From Nitrospinota bacterium (GTDB lineage: Bacteria > Nitrospinota_A > UBA7883 > JBLYYQ01): a stretch of DNA of 48,439 nt. A model generated the notes under the pieces. It saw nothing but the letters and a program-made list of their open reading frames with translations. It was not told where the DNA came from and did no database searches. Every line of letters starts with the position of its first letter. The stretch's first letter is position 1. This document shows positions 11,508 through 20,300 of this stretch, piece after piece. The translations under genes and the position numbers were made by a program. Location of the stretch: positions 1 to 48,439 of the forward strand of contig JBLYYQ010000086.1 in the NCBI GenBank assembly GCA_048550035.1. Direction: 5' to 3'.

Positions 11508-12326
11508 CTAATGATTGCCAGGACCTTCTGGCATATCTTTTGAACATTCATTAATTAACTCTTCAGATGGTGCAGCTTCATTAACCCGCTCACCATACTG
11601 ATCATTGAAATTACCTAACTCCTCTTTTCGAAAAAGTTTATAGCCACCTATTATTGACGACATATCCGAATCTAAATAGTTTGTATTCTTCCAAAACTGC
11701 ATGTAGACATGAATAACAACAAATAATCCGAGTAGATACATTGTCATGTGATGAATCAATCTTACCTGTTGCTGACTTCCTAGAAATGTCTCTGAATGAT
11801 TCCAAAAATTACCCCAAATAGTATGGTCTGCACCTGGTAAGTAGAGTAGCATTCCTGTGACAGTCATTATCAGTAATGCTGTTGCTATTGAAAACACTCC
11901 TATTCCACCTAGGGGGTTGACAAATCTATAATGATCCTCTGGCTCTTTTAAAACAATATACTTTTGCACCAATTTCATCGAGCCTATAACATTGCTTGGA
12001 GTTGGGAGAAACTGCATTATATCTTTGCTGCAAAGTGAGGTAAATGCTAAATAAAATCTAATAATAACAGATGCCAACGCTAAGCCTGCAAAACTAAAAT
12101 GTATCAGACGGGTCTTCCCCATTATATATGTCTGATATGCCTCTGTGTAATTAAAGTTTGATGGGGGATTTGCTATCATAAACCCTGTTATTCCCAGCAT
12201 CAAAACTGATATTGCCAATATCCAGTGCAAAATACAGGCAAAAGATGACCTTGTCTGGCAGAGAAAATAGGTGTTATTATCAGTATAGACCCCTTCTTGT
12301 ACCTTGATCCTTGTCGCTGACTCCAT
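11508..12326 (-). CDS. Second b-type cytochrome, paralog of the hydrogenase cytochrome b subunit (PF01292-like)
   Basis: 272 aa. Same four-helix, four-His pattern as hupC (ILHWILA, RLIHFSF, LIHHMT, VIHVYM) plus a hydrophilic C-terminal tail. Sits upstream of hupS on the same strand. Confidence 0.7.
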   Translation of the reverse strand: MESATRIKVQEGVYTDNNTYFLCQTRSSFACILHWILAISVLMLGITGFMIANPPSNFNYTEAYQTYIMGKTRLIHFSFAGLALASVIIRFYLAFTSLCSKDIMQFLPTPSNVIGSMKLVQKYIVLKEPEDHYRFVNPLGGIGVFSIATALLIMTVTGMLLYLPGADHTIWGNFWNHSETFLGSQQQVRLIHHMTMYLLGLFVVIHVYMQFWKNTNYLDSDMSSIIGGYKLFRKEELGNFNDQYGERVNEAAPSEELINECSKDMPEGPGNH

Positions 12327-12674
12327 ATCAATTACCTCCTATGCTAAGAAATGTATATGATACCGAATTTATAGCTTTTGTGATCTGTCTGTCTTGATGA
12401 AAACCTGCTTGTATATTGTTCATGTTACATCCTTTCATCTTAAAACAACTGTATAGAGGAACAAGCGATAAACTGCAATAGCCTACCCCTTCTTGCTATC
12501 ATTGCTTGTTGAGCAGTTATGACGAATGTTGAAGTCTAAACAGAATATATCTGTTTGTCAAGGTCAAAAATGAAAAAGATAGATTAATCCCAATTTTTCC
12601 ATGAAAGTATTGGAAATAGTAGGGTTACTAATCTAGAGGGTTAGTTTTGATCTGATTTGAAGTAGAGAGCTTTG

Positions 12675-14069
12675 TTAAAATTTGCTAGCTTCTACCTGGT
12701 TATTACTACTGTTGAGGTTGTTTTGATACTGTTTGACCTTTCGGTAGAGTTTTGGTCTTGAAACATTCAAAATTTTTGCTGCTTTAGAGATATTCCCATT
12801 TAACCTATTGAATATATAGAGTATATGTTCTTTTTCAACCTGATCTAATGTCGCAAACTCTCTGTTTTCATTTTCAAATTTAGCTCTTTTAGAAGTAATA
12901 GAGAGATCTGTATGTTTAATTAAATTTTCGTTTGAGGTTGCACATGCCCGCTTCATTACACTCTGCAGCTCTCGTATATTACCTGGCCAACCATGTTCTA
13001 GTAAAGTAGAGTATCCCTGTTTTGATAGCTTCTTAATTGGTTCATTAGATCTCGCAGCCTCATTTTGCAAAATATTTTCTACAATTAAACCTATATCGCT
13101 CTTTCGCTCTTTAAGTGATGCAATTTTGATGGTAAATGTTGAAAGTTTATAATAAAGATCATCACGAAACTCACCCTTCTTAACTAGAGGCCATAGATCT
13201 TTCGTAGTTGAAAATATCAATCGCGCTGATGACTTGATAGTCTGATATCCACCGATTCTTTGAAATTCTGAATGTTCAAGAAATTGTAGCAGTTTTGCCT
13301 GTAGAGAAGCTGAGACCCTGTCAATATCATGAATGAATAGAGTTCCATTTGATCCAAGTTCTAATAGTCCAATTTCTCTTCTTACTGCCCCAATAAAGGT
13401 ATCTGGTTCATGTCCGAATATCTGGCTTTCAAGTGATAGATCATTACTTGTAGCAGAGCTAGTAAAAAATAGAGGCCCGCTGCTCCGGCTTGAGAGTGAA
13501 TGGAGTTTCGCGGCAACAGTTCTTTTCCCAACACCTGAATCCCCGATCAATAGTAGAGGATCATCTAATGGTCCTAATTTTTTAATCTCTTCTCTCATGT
13601 TGTTAACAGGGAGTGATTCCCCTATTAGCTGCTGGTCAGCAAGGTTATCTTTAAGATTGCTCTCTTTTAATCGTTTCCTCTCAAATGCCCGCTTCACAAT
13701 CGATTCAAGTTCAAGTAGCTTACACGGTTTAGTTATATAGTCATATGCACCAAGCTTCATCGCTTCAATGGCAGTCTCAAGGTTAGCTTCGCCTGTTAAT
13801 ATTATCGCTTCAAAGTTTGGAGAGAATCTATTTATCTCTTTTAATAGCTCGATCCCTGACATATTTGGCATAAAAAGATCGAATATCCCTACATCAAAGT
13901 TATGAGTACGGGCAATTTCTAACGCTTCAGTTCCGCTTGATGCAGTTGTCACATCAAATTGAGTAGATTGAAACTGTCGAGCAAGTTGGCTATTTATAGT
14001 TTCGTCGTCATCTACAACCAATACTTCAGGGTGATGTTCTAACCTCTCGTTAGCTGTTTGCCAGCTCAT
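12675..14069 (-). CDS. NtrC-family response regulator (receiver + AAA+ + Fis-type HTH), HoxA/HupR-like by position
   Basis: 464 aa. Receiver domain with VVDDDE, acceptor D64 (IFDLFMP) and K114. AAA+ core with GDSGVGKR, WPGNIREL and DLYYKL. C-terminal HTH ISKAAKILNVSRPKLYRK. The GAFTGA and Walker B motifs are degenerate (see findings). Confidence 0.85.
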   Translation of the reverse strand: MSWQTANERLEHHPEVLVVDDDETINSQLARQFQSTQFDVTTASSGTEALEIARTHNFDVGIFDLFMPNMSGIELLKEINRFSPNFEAIILTGEANLETAIEAMKLGAYDYITKPCKLLELESIVKRAFERKRLKESNLKDNLADQQLIGESLPVNNMREEIKKLGPLDDPLLLIGDSGVGKRTVAAKLHSLSSRSSGPLFFTSSATSNDLSLESQIFGHEPDTFIGAVRREIGLLELGSNGTLFIHDIDRVSASLQAKLLQFLEHSEFQRIGGYQTIKSSARLIFSTTKDLWPLVKKGEFRDDLYYKLSTFTIKIASLKERKSDIGLIVENILQNEAARSNEPIKKLSKQGYSTLLEHGWPGNIRELQSVMKRACATSNENLIKHTDLSITSKRAKFENENREFATLDQVEKEHILYIFNRLNGNISKAAKILNVSRPKLYRKVKQYQNNLNSSNNQVEASKF

Positions 14070-14245
14070 AGCAGGTTTTTTGCAAATAGGTGGACTGAAT
14101 AAGCCGATCTAATTCCCAAATTCGTATAGCACATTTGCATCCTCTTAACCGACCTTATAGTTCGCTATCTAACAGTAGTATCCTATATAACAATAAGACA
14201 GTTAGTTTGAAAAAGTCAAATCGACCGTTTGCAAAGTTCGCTTGA

Positions 14246-14743
14246 TTAGATATGATCTAGTATGAGATCAATAAACTCGCGGACCGCTCCTTGTCCACCT
14301 TTTTTCAAAGTAATGTAATCGGCAGCAGCTAGCGTATCCTCGGTGGAATCTGCAACTGCAACTCCAATCCCAGCGACTTTCATTGCGCTAATATCAAGTA
14401 TATCATCACCTATAAAGACAACCTGATCAGGAGTAAGCTGATTTTCATCCATTATCTCTTTTAGGGTTTCACCTTTATCAACAGTAGCTATCTTAACAAC
14501 TTCAATCCCAAGCTCGTCTGCTCGATGAAAAGTTGACTTTGAATAGCGACCAGATATGATAGCAAATCGGATCCCAGCTTTAATCGCCATTACAATCCCT
14601 GCTCCATCTTTAACATCAAACCGTTTAAACTCATCTCTTGAACCAGAAATATAAATCGAGCCATCTGTTAAAGTCCCATCTATATCTAAGGCAACTAGTT
14701 TAATCTTCTTCAATTTTGATATTAATTTAGAGTCTATTTCCAT
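14246..14743 (-). CDS. kdsC: 3-deoxy-D-manno-octulosonate 8-phosphate phosphatase (HAD superfamily)
   Basis: 165 aa. LVALDIDGTLTDG, FDVKDGAGI and IGDDILD match the KdsC subfamily. Confidence 0.8.
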   Translation of the reverse strand: MEIDSKLISKLKKIKLVALDIDGTLTDGSIYISGSRDEFKRFDVKDGAGIVMAIKAGIRFAIISGRYSKSTFHRADELGIEVVKIATVDKGETLKEIMDENQLTPDQVVFIGDDILDISAMKVAGIGVAVADSTEDTLAAADYITLKKGGQGAVREFIDLILDHI

Positions 14744-14849
14744 GTTGATCCTTAAAATTGTATTGATCCGTCAGCTATTCATATCATAATAACTTAGGTC
14801 ATATGAGTTTAAATGTAACAATAATTGGCATCTGTATTTATCGCTGTAA

Positions 14850-14925
14850 TGGTGAGCCGTGCAGGGATCGAACCTGCGACAAGCTGATTAAGAGTCAGCT
14901 GCTCTACCAGCTGAGCTAACGGCCC
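14850..14925 (-). tRNA. tRNA-Lys (anticodon CTT), CCA encoded
   Basis: The reverse complement GGGCCGTTAGCTCAGCTGGTAGAGCAGCTGACTCTTAATCAGCTTGTCGCAGGTTCGATCCCTGCACGGCTCACCA folds by hand into a cloverleaf. It has a 7-bp acceptor stem, a GCTC/GAGC D stem, a GCTGA/TCAGC anticodon stem with loop CTCTTAA, and a GCAGG/CCTGC T stem with TTCGATC. Confidence 0.9.
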
Positions 14926-15098
14926 TACAGTAATGATAGCTGATAGCTGATAAAAAAAGAAACAATTATTTAAAAATGAAGTTATATTACTAAAATAAGA
15001 AAACATCTTAATTATAGACAATTGTCCTTTTCTTATTTCAAGTTATTTAGTATTATGAAGTTGTCCCCATTCTCCGCAAAATTACTTTGCGAGGAAAT

Positions 15099-15584
15099 AT
15101 GATAGCATTACCAATGAGCAATAAGCGAAAAGTTAATAGCTCTTGTCTTCTGCTAGCTTCTAACAAGTCTGGCTTCACCCTGATTGAAGTACTTGTAGCA
15201 ATGGCAGTTATCTTGATTGCTATATTAGGTCTAACCTCTTTACAGGTTACCTCAATCTCAGCGGAGCGAACAGCAAAGCTTAATGAAGCTTGTTACAACA
15301 CTGCGGCTGCTTTACTTGATACCACAATGCAGGAGCTTGCTGTGCGAGGGATGGACTCTTCTACTAATACCTATGCTGAAATTGCGGCTACTGTTACCGA
15401 TATTGGGGCCGAGCTAACCAGTGCTATGCCAGAACTTGGTTCTGGTGTTACAGCAAGTAGCGTCAACATCGGAAGTACACTAGCATCATTTCCTCCAGGA
15501 CTAAGCCTTGCTGATATATCAATAACAATTGGGTGGCAAAATAAAGGTACAAATAAAACATGCGTAACATCAACCCTCTTTTAA
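15099..15584 (+). CDS. Type IV pilus minor pilin, PilV-like (prepilin N-terminal methylation motif)
   Basis: Class III signal motif SGFTLIEVLVAMAVILIAILGL. GAGGA lies 4 nt upstream of the ATG at 15099; the track's TTG at 15087 is less likely. First gene of a minor-pilin cluster. Confidence 0.65.
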   Translation: MIALPMSNKRKVNSSCLLLASNKSGFTLIEVLVAMAVILIAILGLTSLQVTSISAERTAKLNEACYNTAAALLDTTMQELAVRGMDSSTNTYAEIAATVTDIGAELTSAMPELGSGVTASSVNIGSTLASFPPGLSLADISITIGWQNKGTNKTCVTSTLF

Positions 15585-16669
15585 GAACTAACTCGATAGG
15601 CTATACCTTAATCGAGGTCCTTGTTGCAATAGCAATCGGTGGTATAGTCTTAGCTGGGCTAGCCAGTATCTTAACTACTAATCAGCAATCTAAGCACCTT
15701 GTCAATGAGCAGCAGCTATTGTCAGAAAGTGGACGGACTGCAATGAGCTTCTTACGCCACTCTATTCAAGGTGCAATAGTCTCACAAATTATACCGTTTG
15801 ACAATGTCGCTACACCTCCTATAGAACCAACTGGAATTGCTAACAGGTTGGCCGGCACTGATGCTATCAGACTCTTTACTCCAGTGGCATTACAGAGTGC
15901 TATTCAGATCCCAGCTGGATCAATATGTCCTGCTTATGGTAGTGGTGGTCGGAGACTTGCTCTGCCAGACAACTTGCTAGAAACTGCTCCAGATTATACA
16001 GCCTCATTCACAACTAACCGTTATAAAGTATTACTTTTTGATTGTAATGCCCCTACTAATAGTTGTACCGCAACCGCACGACGAACTGGCCCTACATTAC
16101 CAGGCTCTATCGCTGCATCTCCGGGTGGTGGGTTACCAGCGGCTATACCAGATACAGGATGTGATAACTATGCTCTCGATGCTGATGCTACTTTAACTAA
16201 TAGTAGTACAGGTGGGCCTGGGGGTAGCTGTAGTGCAGTTGCCCTCTCTACTAATATCTGTTTCTCTATCGGCACTGAATCGCTCTATTACATACGAACT
16301 TCTGATCCAGGATTGTCGTCTGGCCCAGCAGTTGCCCCACAGCTGGTTAGATATACCCCAGATGGCTCCACAGAGGTGATCGCAGATAACGTACTTGATA
16401 TGCAAATAGAGTACCAGTATAGCGATAACCCGGGAACTTGGGTAGGTAGCGACCCTGCGGTTACAAGCAGTAGCCTATTGGCAAATGCAAGTAACATATC
16501 TCTAGTCAGGGTTAGATTACAATTATATAGTGATAAAAAACGCTCAGCTACCGATACCAGCACTTTAACATTACTAGATGACTCTGGTATATCAGCGGCC
16601 GTTCAAACTAGCCTTGCTGGCCGAATCACTAGAGACACTGAACGCATATTTAGACTTCGAGGTAACTAA
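15560..16669 (+). CDS. Type IV pilus minor pilin, PilW-like
   Basis: 369 aa. N-terminus IGYTLIEVLVAIAIGGIVLAGL. Size and position (second in the cluster) fit PilW. Overlaps the previous gene by 25 nt. Confidence 0.65.
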   Translation: MRNINPLLRTNSIGYTLIEVLVAIAIGGIVLAGLASILTTNQQSKHLVNEQQLLSESGRTAMSFLRHSIQGAIVSQIIPFDNVATPPIEPTGIANRLAGTDAIRLFTPVALQSAIQIPAGSICPAYGSGGRRLALPDNLLETAPDYTASFTTNRYKVLLFDCNAPTNSCTATARRTGPTLPGSIAASPGGGLPAAIPDTGCDNYALDADATLTNSSTGGPGGSCSAVALSTNICFSIGTESLYYIRTSDPGLSSGPAVAPQLVRYTPDGSTEVIADNVLDMQIEYQYSDNPGTWVGSDPAVTSSSLLANASNISLVRVRLQLYSDKKRSATDTSTLTLLDDSGISAAVQTSLAGRITRDTERIFRLRGN

Positions 16670-16670
16670 A

Positions 16671-17360
16671 ATGATAAAAAAACGGATATTTAATCGACTT
16701 TTATTACTATCTATCACCACAAATCGCACTGGCATTGTTTTATTAACTTCACTTGCGATAATTTCAATAGTTAGTATGTTGGCACTCTTCGTTGCTGCAA
16801 CTGCATTGAGTGAGCAACGTCTATCATTCAACTCAATCAATAAAACAAGGGCATTTCTCCTAGCAGATGAGGGCCTAACGTTAGCTCAAGCAAGGTTAAA
16901 TGCAGATCTTACTGGTAGCTCGTTAACCACCTATCTAACAACACCCCCAACCACAGCTACTGGATCTGCTACTAGCTTTTACTGTCAAGGCTGCGGGGGC
17001 AACGACGCAGGTGGCGATCCAATCAATATTGGAAATGGCCCTTGGCTAGATGGCGGTATAACGGTAGCTATCTCTGAGCTTCCAGCTGGCGCAGGCCGGA
17101 TCTTTGCTGAATCTTACAGAGTTACTCTATGGGATAATGATGAGAGCCTCGCTTCTAGCTGTGGTGATACCGATCCAGCAGTAGATTGTGATGGTCTAGC
17201 TATCATTCGCTCTGTAGGAACTATTAGTCTTCCTAATGGTAATCCAGTAGCTCGTTCTGTTCAGGAAATAACTTTTTCTAACCGAAGCATGTCAATCCCT
17301 ACCGGTGGTCTTTCTGAGGCCCAAAGTGGTGGCGGAAGTAGCAAAAGCGGTACTAATTAA
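16671..17360 (+). CDS. PilX-like minor pilin / pilus assembly protein
   Basis: The ATG at 16671 follows GAGG by 7 nt and lies 1 nt after the pilW-like stop. N-terminal hydrophobic helix GIVLLTSLAIISIVSMLALFV followed by a PilX_N-like SEQRLSFNSINKTRAFLLADEG. The longer track ORF (16578) overlaps pilW-like and is probably not used. Confidence 0.55.
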   Translation: MIKKRIFNRLLLLSITTNRTGIVLLTSLAIISIVSMLALFVAATALSEQRLSFNSINKTRAFLLADEGLTLAQARLNADLTGSSLTTYLTTPPTTATGSATSFYCQGCGGNDAGGDPINIGNGPWLDGGITVAISELPAGAGRIFAESYRVTLWDNDESLASSCGDTDPAVDCDGLAIIRSVGTISLPNGNPVARSVQEITFSNRSMSIPTGGLSEAQSGGGSSKSGTN

Positions 17361-17397
17361 TTTGAAAATATATATGAGTTTCATGAAAGGAGTGGTT

Positions 17398-20300
17398 ATG
17401 TTTACTGCTATTAATAACTGTTTTTCAAGAAGAGTGCCAACGCTTGCCTCTCTTGTTTTACTTACCGCATTATCATTGACGCTATTAGATAGTAGTGATA
17501 ATCGAGCATGTGCGGCAGTTTCAGGTTGTGTGGCGACTAGCGAAAAAAATACATCGACCTCCGGATTACAACCTACTGACCTAGATGCTGCTGGGGTTGA
17601 TGTTCTTGGAGGGGATGCTATATTGCAGACAGGAGCGACAGATGCGATTGATGTTTCTAATATAAAGATTCCTTTTAATCAAGATGTTTACTTCTCATTT
17701 ATATATGAGGGTGCTACTGATGATTCATCTCTAGGCTTTTTTGAATATCAAGTTTTATTGGACTGTTTCGCTGATGCCGGGATGAATATCAATTTTACCA
17801 CGGAAGCAAACATCAATAACGGGGTAACCAATCTTGGGATACCATTTACCGAACTATACAAGGCCCACACATACTGTAAAACCAATAAAAATATTAATCT
17901 AATTAACTTTATCCTTCCAGCTCTAAAACAATCAACAGGATTTGGTGGTGTTGTAACAGGTCTAAGCGACTTATACAATCGTGACGAGTGGTGCTTGGTT
18001 CCAACAGTGACACCTCCAAATCCAGATGATCCAAACCACAACAGATTGCGTTTTAACAGCTTAACTCAAACTGGGGACCCTTGCCTTTTGACTGCTCACA
18101 CTCCTACAAATCCATCTCGTGGAGGTTGGAGTGCCGAGGAGGCATATAGAGAAGCTGGCTTTTTAGTCAACAACAATGGAAGCAACGATTTAGGTGATGT
18201 TAGACTTCACCTCGGAACCTTTACAGCAGGAACAGAACTTGTCTTTTTTCTTGTCAGGAAGAATAGTGGTAATACTACAAGGACTTTTTACTCAAAGCCA
18301 ACGCTAACCTCATACGGTTGGTCCTTTAATAATAGTGATAATGTACTATTAGGTGGTCCCGCCGGTAATGCCCCTAAATGTCCTTCAACTCCTGGAGGTT
18401 CTGGGTCACTTTGCAAGCTAGGAAATATAGCACTAGGAGATACAGCAACTTCCTCTGTTGGTTGTGGTTCTGGTACCGGAACAATTGATCTTATAATAAA
18501 TCTTGACGAAGCGGCGCCTGAAGATTTTACGGATGCTAATAGATGTAGCGGTGGTAAAATTGAATGGGATAACTCTCCCTCAACTCCTTCTTGGACACAG
18601 GGAATCTTAACAGGTAATTCACGCCAATCATTATTAGATCTCTATGATATTAATTTTACCGGCAAAATTACGGTAGCAACTTTGGAACCATACAAACCCT
18701 TCAATAACTTTGTGGCATTGGCACCTGAAGGTGATAAATACAAATGGCTCATCGGTGCTGAAAATCAAAAGGGAGGTGGTGACTTAGATTTTAATGATGT
18801 TGTCTTTTTATTAGAGCGAAAGTCAGGTGGAGTAATCGAGTTAAAAGAGAGCGAAGCATTATCACCTACTGATCCTGCTGCATATATAACATCAACTACC
18901 ATCAAGGTAAAAGATACAATCTGTGCTGGAGGTGAAATAAAATATTCTGTTTCGGTTGAAGATCTATATGGCAATCGAAACTGGATTGAGATTGATCGAA
19001 ACCAATGGCAGATAGTAAGAGAAGGTGGTCCAACTGGACCGATAGTCACTAACTGGAATTATGGAGAACCTGAAACAACCTATAGAGAGGCAGTAATTAA
19101 CTTTGCAGAAGCCGGCACTACTGGTACAAAATTGCGGTGGAAGGCAGAACTATCCTCCACTAAAACTGAATGTGCACCTGTAATTGATTTTGTTGATCTA
19201 GCGTATGTTGCAAATGTTGAAGAAGAATTTAGTAGATCAACCCCTGTTCCGTTAGCTCATATGTTATATCGATCGTCATATGCAACACCAAGCCGAACTG
19301 GGAAAGATAGAGGGCTGCGAGGTCATATGAGAGCATGGGAAAGATACAACCCGAATATCAAAGACAGTACTGACAATCCTAATTATTTATCTCTCGCTGA
19401 CCCTGCTGACCCTGCAGCGGAGATTGCAACATATGGGGCATTATCATTAGATGTTATTCATAATAGTTGGGATGGTGGTAAAGAATTAAAAACTAGCTCT
19501 TATCCCAATCGAAAAATTTATACACCTAAGGTGGAGGTAACACTGGTTGAAAATGAACTTTTGGCAACAGGTGATGACACTCGAAGTGTATTTGATAGTC
19601 TACAGTTGCGTAATAGTAGCGGGGGAGCTAGGGGGGACATTGTACTTGGTACATTAGAAATTTCTGCAGGCTCTGAAATACTTAAGCAATCTAGTGGCAG
19701 CACATTAGAAGGGGATGCAGGTGGCACTGCTGACTTTAATCGCCAAGATGGGATCATAACCAATCTTGTTTTTGCTACTCCACCACAAAATAACGTGCGG
19801 ATCACTGCTACTTACTACTACTATTCTAAGAGTGCGCTTAGTAGAACTAATGAAGGTTTAATTGAGTTTGAGAAAGGTACTCGTTCTAATCCTTCAAAAA
19901 TCACTCCTGAGCTACTCGGATTAGATGAAAGCTCTATTAGCTCTGCTGGCCGTATCATCAAATACTACGACTTTAATGCTGATCAAGCTGTTGATAATAG
20001 TGATGTAGAAACTTTAATAGATTGGGTCACTACTAGAGATGTTGATTATAAGTATAACTTTGGAGCGGCCGCAGGTCTTGGTTCCACTGGAGGAACAAGC
20101 CCAACCCACACATGGCCATTAGCAGCGATTGACCGATCAAGTCCTTCAATTTTAGGCTCACGCGGATTCCCTGTATGGTCTAATAAAGCTGGCACACAAG
20201 ATCTAACTGATGATCTACTAAAATTTATCTGTGAAGCATATGTCCATGGTGGAAGCAACGATCCAGATACTTACCTTTTTGTTGGTTCAAGCATGGGAAT

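Noticed and set aside
12327-12674. Sigma-54 promoter or regulator binding dyad upstream of the hydrogenase operon
   Set aside because: I found no TGGCAC-N5-TTGC match on the coding (minus) strand by eye. There are only weak, widely spaced AACAAGC/GCTTGTT arms (12460-12466 and 12504-12510), which I cannot distinguish from chance.
13333-13740. 135-aa plus-strand ORF inside the NtrC-family regulator gene
   Set aside because: It is antisense to a well-supported AAA+ domain. The composition is serine- and leucine-rich and no motif is recognisable.
14809-15021. 70-aa minus-strand ORF
   Set aside because: It reads straight through the tRNA-Lys gene (the peptide LAQLVEQLTLNQLVAGSIPA is the translated tRNA), so it is spurious.
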